Source: Octopus bimaculoides (lineage: Eukaryota). Taken from it: DNA of 64,000 bases. The notes beneath the pieces are model-generated. The model was not told where the DNA came from and made no database searches. It saw only the letters and a program-made list of their open reading frames with translations. The translations under genes were made by a program, and so were the position numbers. Where the stretch lies: NCBI RefSeq assembly GCF_001194135.2, contig NC_068986.1, forward strand, positions 7,353,040-7,417,039, in the 5' to 3' direction. This document shows positions 11,361 to 22,927 of the stretch, piece by piece; positions within the stretch are counted from its first letter, which is position 1; each line of letters starts with the position of its first letter.

Positions 11361-11411
11361 ACAGTTGTGCTGATGATGTTTATAAAAGCAGAAATACGTG
11401 TCCACGACTGT
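11361..11411 (+). ncRNA. Type I hammerhead ribozyme motif with near-palindromic minimal stem III (PLE/retrozyme type)
   Basis: ACAGTTGTG-CTGATGA-TGTTT-ATAA-AAGCA-GAAA-TACGTG-TC-CACGACTGT: 9-bp stem I (one wobble), intact core, GUC cleavage site. Confidence 0.8.
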
Positions 11412-12828
11412 CTTATCACCAAACAATTTGTCCAGTTTCTTAATGACATGTCAGCATTGATGAATTTGTAATTATCTCCCTTTGAATATACTTGCTCTTA
11501 ATTGTCATTTAGTAATTGTAACATCCTCTCGAGGCGGAAGTAATTTCAATAACCAAGAATTTTTGTTGTATCGTATTTGATATAATTATATTTGTCTATA
11601 TTGGTCATATAGATGCTGCTGGCCATTAATCTTATTCGTGTGTACGTGCAATTTTCTTTTTGCATAAAAAATGCTTTTCATTGAAACCGGTTGCATATTT
11701 TGAAAATATGTAAATGTTTTTCTCCTTGTATTCATGATAAACTTATCAAGTCATTTTGTTTGTAATATAATTTTACCCATACTAAACTTTTTATATATAC
11801 ATGTGTGTGCATGTGTTTGCATATGTATGTGTGCATGTGTATACGTGCATGTGTATGACTGTATGTACTCGCACATTTATGTGTCTGTACATCTGCTTCA
11901 GCCAGCTGCAAGTTCTATTTCTAATCAAACCTAGTAACATAGTAGTATTTCTGATTTGGCCACAATCTTTCTTTTCTTGTGGTTTGTTCATCCAATCGAG
12001 TGAGACCCAATTATTAGACGTATGAGAATTATTGATCGGCTATTTTCATAGCCCTCATTGTTACAAATACTCTTCATTTTGTTATCAATAATTATGGTTT
12101 CTGCCATAATTACTCTTATGATTATCAGTATCGATTTAAGATAGTGTTTATTGTTGTGCGGGAGATAAACTTGAACCTATGCTCTGCCATTAATCAATAA
12201 AATGTCAGTAAATAGCCATGTTACATTGACTTGTTTTATCTAAAAAAAAAAAAAAAAAAAAAAAAACTGCTTTGTAATTAACGTTCAGTATTAGTTTTTT
12301 TTACCGTTACGTTGGAAGTGAACTCTTGAAGATTGATAGCGAGTCTCTCATCCAAAAGCAGTTATTTGAAGATATAGCGCTATAGATTAGCGATTGTTTT
12401 ATTATAAGGGGAATGAAATGTGGATGAAAGTATTCGTGGGAAGCTACACAGACTTTTAAGTAGAATATATCGGTAAATGATATGTGGAATATAATTGAAT
12501 TATTGATGCAGCAGAGCTGAAATCTATCTCTAAAGTTATAGCAGCAGAGGCACACACAATAACCATATACAGGTTTTTAGCTGTTGTGATTGAATTGCTG
12601 GTCACCAGCGTATAGAAATACAATAGTGAACTAATGTTTGATGTGCTTTTCGATGTCACATTCATATAAATATCTGTGATAAACATAAATAATAATTTCA
12701 TGTGCAGGTAAAATCATAGAAATAAATCTACAATAGTGAGATGATAGTGATTGTGATGTTTCCCTTGTGATGGTTAAGCATATCTATGTATCAATGTAGC
12801 AGCTGAATAAACATAGCAAGCATGCACA

Positions 12829-12870
12829 CGCATGCACATGCACACACACACGCGCGCGCGCGCGCGCGCG
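12829..12870 (+). repeat. Alternating purine-pyrimidine (CA)n-(CG)n tract; a second one at 19465-19507
   Basis: CACACACACACGCGCGCGCGCGCGCGCGCG read directly. Confidence 0.9.
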
Positions 12871-13619
12871 GCATTAAAGAAATAATTCTGTGAATCATTC
12901 AATGAATATAAACACAGATAGGATGACTTCAGAGAACAGTTAAACCCGCAAATACACACAATTGGGAATACAAATTGTACAACGCCATAAGAGAAATATA
13001 AAACACTATCGGCAAGTAGTGGCTGAATAAACAGTAACGACACAACATTAAGTTTCGCAATAAACTATAATAATACTTTCTAAAATCATTTTAATTTTGG
13101 AGTTATCATAAAACCGTTGATTCATACAATCACCTTGTTTAAACTGGAGTATATTTTCTTAATTTTATTGTACGTGTGGTAAACAACAAAATTCTTACAT
13201 TCTCTCGATTACTTCTAATTCAAAAGGTCGAGAGTAAATATTAGTCTACTCTTCCACAGTCTGAGTACAAATCTCGATATATGAAAAGTACAATTGACTA
13301 AGTTTGTAATATATAGTCATTTAGAGAAGATTTAATTGATTATACATGCTCCATTGTAATATTTGACCTTGTACCTAATCAAAGCAAATCAATATCTTTA
13401 AAGAGAAGGAGAGATCAATTCGTTAGAATGCAATAGATTGCAGTTATCAGATGTGAAAGAAAGCTGACAGTTACAACAAACAGAAAACAGCAGAAAATAT
13501 CCCACTTCTCACAACAAAAACTTACGAAACAAAACAAAATATACTCCAAATAAAAGACCAGCAGAATAAACATGCTATCAGTACAATCTCTTGTCACTAA
13601 ATGTTCAACAGGAACGAGA

Positions 13620-13830
13620 ATGGATGTGTGGTTAAGAACTTCGTTTAGTAACCACGTAATCCCGGATCAGATTCCAGTGCGCAGCATTTTGGGAAATCCC
13701 TTTAAAAGCCAACCCATATCGAAAGGATAAGCTGTAAAGTTGACCTCGGTAAGATTTGAACGCAAAATTAGAACTAATACTGCGAATCATTTTAGCCGAT
13801 GCTCTGACGACTTTACCAATTTGTATTGGA
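13620..13830. mobile_element. Degenerate SINE B head (+) abutting a SINE A fragment (-)
   Basis: GGATGTGTGGTTAAGAAC..AACCACGT head, then GAAAGGATAAG..AAAGTTGACCTCGG. Confidence 0.6.
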
Positions 13831-14795
13831 GCAGAAAAGTAATTTTTATGCACGATTATGGTGCCTACGGAATTCCTTTTATTTTTACGGACAACATACC
13901 TTAATCTTAGTTCCATCTGGTCCCCCACAGAACTTAGAATGACGAGAGATCTCCACTCAGCATTCTCGCGCTTTCGAGGGTCAGGTTTATCTTGTATGCT
14001 ATTGCTCATACGTGAACACACAATCTGTCAGCGGAATTGTAAAATTATGCAAGACATTTCTAAAATTCAGCACGTAAAACATACATTGTATCTATGATTA
14101 ATGGTGCACTTAGTTATGTTACTAAGTGCAGAAGTGGTAATCTCGAAATGTTGGGGTCTTCAAATAAAATGCTCAGCTTGCATTTAGTAAATTGGAAAGG
14201 GAAGATTAAAACAAAAATATTCAGCATGGAATTCTCCAATGTCGTTGCTTAAATTTATTCAAACAAACACACCCCTGACTGAGGTTAATCATTTTTGTAG
14301 AGCATTTTTCAGATTTTCTGTTTAGTTTTTTTCTTTGTGTGTGTGTGTGTGTTTGGTAGTGTGATCAAATATTTTTCTGTCTGCTTTTATTTGGTGTTTT
14401 TTATAATTGTTATATGAGCTTTTTCTTGTTGGAAATTCACATATTATGCAAAATTTTACATAATTCATTAACTACAGAACCGCTACGAGTAGCAAAATAT
14501 AAGCAAAAAAAAAATCAACAAAAAAACTCACCACTCAAGCTTAGAATACATAAATATAACTATACAAGTAACAATGAGTTCGCAATTAGACAACTTTAAG
14601 CCCGACGATGATATTGATTATAATATAATTTCCATAGTTCTTCGTTGCCTACCATAAACTCGGCATCAAATTCATCATCACTAAATTTAGAAGATGAATT
14701 CAAGAAATGTCGGTAGACTTAGGAAAGTTATTGTCTTGAATAAAAAAAATGGTAAATGACTAATAAAGATATTTATAGAACTCGAGCTCTTAACA

Positions 14796-14797
<2 letters not shown>

Positions 14798-14828
<31 letters not shown>

Positions 14829-14885
14829 CAGTCAGTCAGTCAGTCAGTCAGTCAGTCAGTCACACACACACACACACACACACAC
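14798..14885 (+). repeat. Compound microsatellite (AAGC)n-(CAGT)n-(CA)n
   Basis: Three simple-repeat blocks joined directly to each other. Confidence 0.95.
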
Positions 14886-14934
14886 TAATTTGACTTCTGG
14901 AGTCCCTCATTTTCGTTATATATTTAGTATTATG

Positions 14935-15091
14935 AGTTGGGAGAATCGTCAGTGCATCGAACAAAATGTTTTGAGGCATTTCTTGCGGCTATTTATCTTT
15001 TGAGTTCATATTCGGCCGTAGTAGGCTTCGCCTTTCATCCTTTCAGGTTGTATAAGACGGCTGGGATCGATGTAATCGACTGACCCACTCC

Positions 15092-15092
<1 letters not shown>
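14935..15092 (+). mobile_element. SINE family A, diverged, followed by poly(A) 15094-15126
   Basis: GAGAATCGTCAG..GAGTTCATATTC..GCCTTTCATCCTTTCAGG..GATCGATGTAATCGACTG. Confidence 0.8.
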
Positions 15093-15133
<41 letters not shown>

Positions 15134-15905
15134 TCCATAGAATACACACATATACAAACACATAAACTGGAATATTATATACATACACGCACTTATATAT
15201 TGAACCCACATTCAAGAGCACACAAACGTGCCTGTGTGTTCATAAAGTTGTAAACAGTTACCCAAGCATTTAACTATTATCTTTGATATAGCGTTATGCA
15301 TGCTATATGGTTATATGCTATAAGTTTAGTGTTATAACCCTTTTCATATTGAACTATTTTTTTATATAACTTCGTAACAAAATACTTGAAACTAATCTCT
15401 TGTGTAATATATTTTACACTCAATGAAATTAAATTGATTTTTCAAAAGATCAAATCCCTCAGAACGCTGCGATACTTTTATAAGTTGTTTTCCTCATTTA
15501 CTAACCAGTACGCCGCAATACATCGCTATCGTTTGCATTGTTTCAAGTTGTATATGTACCAGCCACCTAAGATATCACGGTAACTGCCTTATATTGCTAA
15601 TAAGTGGTTCAGTATCTTTTCTGCTATTTGTTGCTGATATTTTGGCAAAGTAATTAGTTTTAAACAATCTTTAATGAACACCAATTTCCGAAGAGAAAAA
15701 TACTGTTTTTGGATTATAATTGCAATGTATATATCAACTTATTTTGTCAAAATCGCGTTAAAAAAAACGAAAAGAAAAGAAATGCCAACCTGCACTTATC
15801 GAATGGATTGAAAACTTCACAGAAGTTATCTCTTGTATGTGGGGTGGTGATGAAATAGCTGAATAGCCATACTGGTTAACTCTATATAGAATTTACACAA
15901 TTATT

Positions 15906-15973
15906 AATTGCTGTCCTTGTGTCTAAATTAGAAATACTAAATAGTTTCTAATTTAGACACAAGGACAGCAATT
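15906..15973. repeat. Perfect 29-bp inverted repeat with 10-nt spacer
   Basis: AATTGCTGTCCTTGTGTCTAAATTAGAAA (15906-15934) / TTTCTAATTTAGACACAAGGACAGCAATT (15945-15973). Confidence 0.97.
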
Positions 15974-16140
15974 TTGAGGTGAGAGGGGGTGTCGATAACC
16001 CCAGTACTTGAATAGTAGTTTAGTTATCCTAGAAGGATGAAAGGTGAAGTTGAATTCGATGGGATTTGAGCTCAGAACATAAAGAGACGGAAGAAATTCT
16101 GTAGGAAATCTTTTCCGACGTTTTAACAATTCTGCCTGCT
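15945..16140 (-). mobile_element. SINE family A, heavily diverged
   Basis: ACCCCAGTACTTG..AGGATGAAAGGTGAAGTTG..GAGCTCAGAAC..AACAATTCTGCC. Confidence 0.8.
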
Positions 16141-16739
16141 CATCACTATAAGAAATATTAAATTAATAAAATGATGAAAAAAGATTGAAAAGCGGAGAAA
16201 TTCAAATAAAAAAGAACCGGAAGATATTTGGTAAGTGAACATGCGTAATCCAGGAAAAGGTAAAGGAGACCCGAACCAAAATTCAGTAAAAATAGAAGGG
16301 AAATGTAATCTATTTATTTGTCTGTGGGTTTACTGGTTCCCCAATATTTTGAGAAATCAGAAATTTCTAGTTTAGGGCGTGAACATGCATTCATTTTAGA
16401 TTAAACTGTAACTCTGTGCTAATTTAGCTAATTGGACATTTTACTCAACCAGAAATTTTAACCAAACAGAAACTAGTGGTCAGTGAAGCTGAGTTTTGAC
16501 ATTATGAAGCAAGTGAATATCTGTTCAGACCATTGTTCTCTTGGCTCATTCCCTGGGCACCAAACAAGTCCCTCTCTCCCACCAAAAGCTATGGCTAGAT
16601 CATCTTAATATTTCTTTCTCGTTTGGCCAGCTATCAAATTGTTTTAGCTTCAACTAAATAGCAGCTTCTAGTTAAGAAAAAAACAATTTGTGTATTTTCG
16701 TCTTCCTTTTAAACGGCTGGCCTTCATCTGATGATACAT

Positions 16740-17100
16740 ATTTGAGACAGTACAAAATGTTTCATCGACAAGAAAACATGAAAATAGTTAAATGTTTTCA
16801 ATTATACTTTTTTAAAGCCTAAACGTCGCAATTTATAAAAATTTACAAGTTGATAATTTTACCTGGTATTTTAATAATTCAGGTTTAAGACCTCTTTCTC
16901 AGGATATCTATGGAGAAATGTTTGCATTCGTTGATTTCTCTGTTCTGTAGTTCCTGAGAAAGGGGTCCTAAACCTGAAATATTGAAATACCAGATAAAAT
17001 TATCAGGGTGTTTCATTTCTATAAATTGCATTATTTTTGCTTAAAAATATAATGAAAAGAATGAAATACTTGTTCATTTTCTATAATGCATTTGTACAAT
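16740..17100. mobile_element. Palindromic (foldback/MITE-like) element
   Basis: TGATAATTTTACCTGGTATTTTAATAATTCAGGTTTAAGACCTCTTTCTCAGGA (from about 16851) is mirrored by TCCTGAGAAAGGGGTCCTAAACCTGAAATATTGAAATACCAGATAAAATTATCA (to about 17006). Weaker symmetry extends outward. Confidence 0.75.
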
Positions 17101-18477
17101 ATAAATTAATTTATTCATACAATTTATAGTTTCACAAATGCAAAACTGTTTTGATATTTTGTAAGTCAGGATCTGAGATTTTCCATATGGAATTGATGGA
17201 CAGCTAATCTAAGATTATGCTAGGGGACAATTTCAGCTCAATATGCTGCACCATACGTAGTTACGATGTTAGCTTCCTATAACCCCAGAGCCATGCTGAA
17301 GTGACTTCAAGTGTATTTAGAAAAGTTTAGGTAATGTTTTCAACAGCAAACTTCAGTTTCTATAACATGTGTAAATATTATTTTCGAAATCATGAAAGTA
17401 TATTTCTTTCCTTTTAAGAGATCTGAATGATAAAATACCTTTAGCTATAATTAATATACCATCACACAGTATATTTTATTGTTAAAACAATGTATTTGTA
17501 AACTGCAAAATAAAATGTATAATTTAAAAATATTTTAAAAGAATCTAATATTTATGAATATATATATAAGATTCGTGTCAATTTGCAAACTATGATGTAT
17601 AAAACGATCTCAAGATCTGAGTTCGTTTTATCATCAAGAAAAAAAAAAGAGAAAAAAAAAACTTTCAAAACAATAATTGTTTTTAAATTAAAATTTTAAA
17701 ATGTTTAATGTTTTCCTAACTATTTTCTGAAATTATTTCAGCTTTCTTTGACATAGACAACTGTTTAGTGTTGGCAAGGGAATTGTGTATAGTTTTATAA
17801 TCTACATTAATACATAAATCAAAAGGTAGCAACAGAGATTTGCATTATATGAATCTATAATATCGGAGCTGTTTGATCATAAAAGCTAAATTTTTTTGAT
17901 GGTATGGTTAATGAGATTCGTCATCAAATAATCTTCCTCTCCACAGACGTTGAAAATACAAAATCCAAATAACCGTGAATGTAAAAGTACTAAAAATAAT
18001 TGTTAGCACATGATATAGATCACTGGATAATGGTATAAAACAGAAGATGCATAAAAATTGTTAAAAATAAGGCTTCAGAAAATAATAACTTTATTGATTT
18101 GGCAGTAAATATGTTTAACAGAGAAAATTATCCTTTTGTGTCGGATTATTAACTGACTTAAATCGCTGATGTTGTTTTCTCTGGAGAATACACATAAAGT
18201 CTTTCATTTAATGCATTAACTTGTCAGCTTCGGATATGCTTTCGTAGCTATTTGTTAGATTGTTTTGTAAACATTATATATTTGGGTCGTTGAGGAAGAA
18301 GGAGAAAGATAAGAGAAGGTGGCTCTGAAGGTTGATTACATACAAATTCAGATGTTATAAACACTCTTTCATAAGAAATATTAAACATCTGTAAAGACTA
18401 GAACAGGCCATTTAATTCCTAATTCCTAACTTATATTCTAAAGCCTGAGGGTTTACACACATACATTTTTTATCGTT

Positions 18478-18843
18478 TGTTTGTTTCATGTACAAGACAG
18501 CGGCCATGCTGGTGCACCGTCTTGAATTTTAGTCAAACGAATCAACCCCAGTACATATGATTTTGAAGCCTGATACTTATTCTATTGATTTCTGATTTTT
18601 ATCCTACGTTTCCCGAACATGGCAGTTAGGCAAACACCGGTTGTTAAGCAGTGGTTACGGACAAAGTCACACACACACACATATGCGGAGAGCTTCTTTC
18701 AGTTTCCGTCAACCAAATCCACTCACAAGGCTTTGGTCAGTCTCAGGCTATAGTATAAAACACTTGCAGAAGGTGCCACGAAGTGGGACTGAATCCGAAA
18801 CTATGTGGTTGGGAAGCAAGTTTCTTACCACACAGCCACACCT
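18478..18843 (-). mobile_element. SINE family B copy
   Basis: Reverse complement of GGCTGTGTGGTAAGAAACTTGCTTCCCAACCACATAG..GTGGCACCTT..GGAAACTGAAAGAAGC, plus a CCAGCATGGCCG tail. Confidence 0.9.
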
Positions 18844-18873
18844 GTACACACATATGTCGTCGAGTATATCTTA

Positions 18874-19243
18874 GGTCATGGCATGTAACCAGTCAAAGTT
18901 ACCACTGGTTTCACGTCTGCTATTGCACTTGGCAGTAAGTGCGAGTTATCAGACCTGCTGGCCGGAAGCACATAGTATATTTATCTTCAAATGGAGATAA
19001 TATATACTGACTCATTTCAGCCAAAACTAGAATAGTTCAAGTAAAAGTAACTCCTTTTCCTTAACAAAAAGTGTTTTTAGCTTCGTTCTGTTTTTTTCAA
19101 CACCAAACTAACCAAAACTGTATATTTATCTCCATTTATAAAGACACCAAGATTCCAACCAACAGGTCTGATGAGACGCATTGCCAAGTGCAACAGCTGA
19201 CGTAAAACGAATGGTAACATTCAGACCAGTTATTACCATAACC
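18874..19243. mobile_element. MITE-like element with about 130-150 bp diverged inverted arms
   Basis: Left GTTACCACTGGTTTCACGTCTGCTATTGCACTTGGCA..TCAGACCTGCTGG mirrors right CCAACAGGTCTGA..TGCCAAGTGCAACAGCTGACGTAAAACGAATGGTAAC. Confidence 0.75.
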
Positions 19244-19326
19244 AAAGATATACTACTCGACTACATAAAATATTACTCAAATTTTCTTTTAGAGTGTACT
19301 TTCCCCCACCAACTTATGGGCAACTG

Positions 19327-19372
<46 letters not shown>

Positions 19373-19472
19373 AGTATGCTTTCATACCCATGGTTAACAG
19401 ATAATTTACATCGGTAGTAATAACGGATATTCTTATCCCTTAGACAATTACTCCAACCGCTGACCACACACA

Positions 19473-19503
<31 letters not shown>

Positions 19504-19634
19504 GCGCGAGAAGGTTGAATGTAGATTCGTCTTTTAATTTGGAGGTTTCCAAAAAAGATTTGTAATGTTGATTCTTCACATTTTGCTGGTAGTTTTCAGG
19601 CGTAAATTAGCGAATATGAAAATAATACTTGTGT

Positions 19635-20230
19635 ATGATGTGTGGTGAATTTATGGAAAGAAACCCCATAAAACTCAATTTAGTTAAAAATTGGGATCGT
19701 TTCGTACAGAGATATAAAAATAATGCAAATTAATGATTGAATTAAATTAAATTATTTGAATAAATTAATCATATATTAATGTACTCTTCAGTGCAGGAAG
19801 TATAAACAGAAGTGTTATAATGAACTTGAGAAAGGAAATTAGAGAAGAATAGATTCTAAGAGATTCATATTTATCCTTATGCGAAAGAGATGCGAGTCCT
19901 GTTAGATATTCGAGTTATAGTTAATACCTAACTAGACTAATCTCTTTCGCATAAGGATAAATATGAATCTCTTAGATTCTATTGTTCCACTATTTCCTTT
20001 CTCAAGTTCACTAAAAATTTTGTTTAGATTTCCTGCACTGAACAGTACATTGATATATAATTAATTTATTTAATTCAATCATGAATGTGAATTATTTTTA
20101 TATCTCTGTACGAAACGATCGTCTGCATGAATTAAAATTCTCTTATATATTTTAACAACTTGTCTTCTCCATTTTTAACTAAATTGTTGAGTTTTATGGG
20201 ATTTATTTCTATAAATTCACATCACATCAT
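19635..20230. mobile_element. Long foldback palindrome (about 255-290 bp arms, 48-nt spacer)
   Basis: Termini ATGATGTG/CACATCAT with TA at both ends. Inner arms 19850-19891 and 19940-19981 are 41/42 complementary. Confidence 0.9.
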
Positions 20231-20235
20231 ATATC

Positions 20236-20616
20236 TCTCTTTACTCTTTTACTTGTTTCAGACATTTAACTGCGGCCATGCTGGAGCATCGCCTTTAGTC
20301 GAGCAAATCGACCCAGGACATTCTTTGTAAGCCTAGTACTTATTCTATCGTCTCTTTTGCCGAGCCGCTAAGTTTTGGGGACGTAAGCACACCAGCATCG
20401 GTTGTCAAGCGATGTTGGGGGACAAATACAGACACACAAACACACATATACATATACACACCGGGCTTCTTTCAGTTTCCGTCTACCAAATCCACTCACA
20501 AGGCTTTGGTTGGTCTGAGGCTATAGTAGAAGACACTTGCCCAAGGTGTCACGCAATGGGGCTGAACCCAGAACCATGTGGTTGGTAAGCAGGCTACTTA
20601 CCACACAGCCACTCCT
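20236..20616 (-). mobile_element. SINE family B, near full length
   Basis: Head AGGAGTGGCTGTGTGGTAAGTAGCCTGCTTACCAACCACATGGTTCTGGGTTCAGCCCC; tail TGAAACAAGTAAAAGAGTAAAGAGAG. Confidence 0.92.
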
Positions 20617-20687
20617 GCGCCACACACACATATATATATATATGGTGGTAAATAACTTTATGTAATATACTGGTCTCATATTTTAGC

Positions 20688-20882
20688 ACAAGGCCAGCAA
20701 TTTTGGGTAGCGTGTAGGTCGATTATAACAACCCCCGTGCGCAATTGGTCCTTATTTTATCAACACTAAAATGATGAAATACAAAGTCGACACCGGCGGC
20801 TTTGAGCTGGGAACGTAAAGTCGGATGGAATGTTGTTAAGTATTTTGTCCGGCGCGGCAATGATTCTGCCAGCTCGCTGCCT
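20688..20882 (-). mobile_element. SINE family A copy
   Basis: CACAAGGCCAGCAATTTTGG..AAAGTCGACACCGGCG..GATTCTGCCAGCTCGCTGCC. Confidence 0.85.
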
Positions 20883-21494
20883 TAATATAAATAAAACTCT
20901 GCCTCTTATTTTATATATTAAATAGAGAAACACCCAGTTACGTGTACATTTATACCAAGGTGACATTACCGCTGGGCTTGTCTCGTTCAGTCTTAAATAT
21001 AAGTAAATTCTAAATATTTGTAGTTATGTGTTCACAAACTTCTGGCATTTATGGTTAATTTAAAATGCTTCATCGCAGCTGCTATCCTTTCTCATACAGA
21101 ATTTAAGAACTGTATCTCATCAGATGTCATTAAGTCTCATTCATCTTTTGCGGTCTTCATTTCAAATTCCACATTCTCGTCTCTTCACGTTTCAGTTGTC
21201 GAAGTAGATTTCGATTGTGCTGTTGGATATAGGCATTGTTCTAAGTAACGTTTGAATGTCATGAATTGTAATAAAGAAATACTTGTTGTAATTGCTCGCG
21301 TTTCTTTGTTGTTGCTGAATTGCTATCTTATAGTTGTTATTTCAGTTTGAAATTTGTGGTTGCATCAGATTATCAAGGATATCTGTTGTTGTTGTTGCTG
21401 ATTAAGAGAGGAGGATGTGATTACAAAATTTGGTTGTTTTCCTGCAGATCGAGTGACTGTGTTGTAGGAGTTTGATAGAAATTAGAAACAATAA

Positions 21495-22121
21495 TACTTT
21501 CTACTATAGACACAAAGCTTGAAATTTCGGGGAAGGGGACCAGTCGATTACAATGACCGCAGTGCTCGACTGGTGCATATCTCATTGACCCCAACAGGAT
21601 GAAAAGTAAAGTCGACCTTATTTGAACTTAGAACGTAAAGACGGACGAAATGCCGATCAGCATTTTGTCCGGTGTGCTGACAATTCTGCCAACATACTAG
21701 GAATAATAATCTTTTCTACTATAAGCAAAAGGCCGGAAATTTGGAGAGAGTGGGGATAGTTGATTACATCGACCCAGTGCACAACTGGTACTTATTTTAT
21801 CGAATCCGAAAGGATGTAACACAGAGTCAACCTCGGCGGAATTTGAACTCAAAACGCAGCATTTCGCCCGGCGTGCTGATAATTCTGCCAGCTCGCCACC
21901 TCAATAATAATTTCAAATTTTGCAACAAGGGCAGTAATTTTCGGGAGGAGAGGATGAGCCGATTACAACACTGGTGTTCAACTGGTACTTATTTTATCGA
22001 CCCCGAAAGAATGAAAGGCAAAGTCGACTTCGGCGGAGTTTGAACTCAGAACGTAACGATAGACGAAATATCGCTAAGCCTTTCGCTCGACGTACTGACG
22101 ATCCTGCCAGCTCACCGCCTT
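21495..22121 (-). mobile_element. Second tandem trio of SINE family A (about 21495-21692, 21712-21900, 21918-22121)
   Basis: Three consecutive same-orientation copies separated by AATAATAAT spacers. Confidence 0.9.
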
Positions 22122-22337
22122 AATTATAATAATAAGAGCGCTAGCCTTGACAGCAGTGGGACGTGTTCTTCGCTGCTCTGGCCAATCGGCAGCCGAAGAC
22201 ACAGAAACACTAATACAACACAGCAGAACAACTGAAAAAAAAAAACAACAAAAAACGAAAGCACTATAAAACCGGCATATCTACAATTTCCTGTGAGTAT
22301 TTTAAATTTCCTTGAAAATAAGTTTAAAAACTTGCAT

Positions 22338-22615
22338 ATCTATAGTTTTCTCTGGCCGAACACACAATCGTCTTTAAAAATCTTGAAACTTTAATATCTA
22401 CAACTTTCTGTGAATATCTATCCTTTCCTTTCTCCCTGAGTATTCGAAAACGTGTACATCTTTTATTGCAAGAACACTACAATTTTCTCTGGTCGGATAC
22501 ACAAACGATCATCTTTAGAAAATTCAAAAAATTTAATAACTACAATTTTCTGTGAAACTTTTACTCTTTTCTCTTTGACTATTCGAATATGTAAACAACT
22601 TTTATTGCAACAACT
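22338..22615 (+). repeat. Diverged tandem duplication, unit about 138 bp
   Basis: TTTTCTCTGGCCGAACACACAA..TATTCGAAAACG..TTTTATTGCAAGAA repeated as TTTTCTCTGGTCGGATACACAA..TATTCGAATATG..TTTTATTGCAACAA. Confidence 0.7.
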
Positions 22616-22789
22616 CTATCAAACGCACGATAAAACCAAGGAGATAAGCAACTGCCAATGTATGTCGTCTGATCAATCAGTATCCAAACTGTTGCCATAG
22701 TAATGAAGCTAAAGCACGGAGAGTAAAGCCGATTAGCCCAAATTGACCTTAAATTTTCTTCTGTGAATGCGCGCTAAGTTTTAACGTTC

Positions 22790-22927
22790 TAGATCACATC
22801 CACTGTTTACAGCAGTGCTTGGAAGGAAGGTGTGTAGCGTCTGATCGTCACATTCACCATGACAGAGAAAGCTGAGCAGAGAATCTGCATAAAATTTTGT
22901 CAACAGCTTAGCAATACCTGCTCAGAG
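22790..22927 (+). mobile_element. mariner 5' UTR and transposase N-terminus
   Basis: ATG at 22859 gives MTEKAEQRICIKFCQQLSNTCSE, the typical EQR.CIKF start. Confidence 0.8.

Noticed and set aside
12456-12701. Hydrophobic 81-aa ORF with faint resemblance to receptor TM segments (opposite strand has TITIYRFLAVV)
   Set aside because: No diagnostic motif or splice structure, and many stops in neighbouring frames; not supportable without a search.
13415-13597. Short hydrophobic ORF with a GTAAGT donor and possible 62-nt intron
   Set aside because: T-rich composition explains the hydrophobicity; the predicted product is tiny and unrecognised.
21088-21130. Minus-strand CTGATGA-G-ATACAG..CTGTAT-GA-GAAA hammerhead-like string
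   Set aside because: Stem II is good, but there are extra nucleotides before GAAA, no NUH triplet and no stem I partner.
22170-22275. CCAAT box plus TATAAA as a promoter
   Set aside because: No downstream gene evidence, the motifs are short, and the region is a tandemly duplicated repeat.
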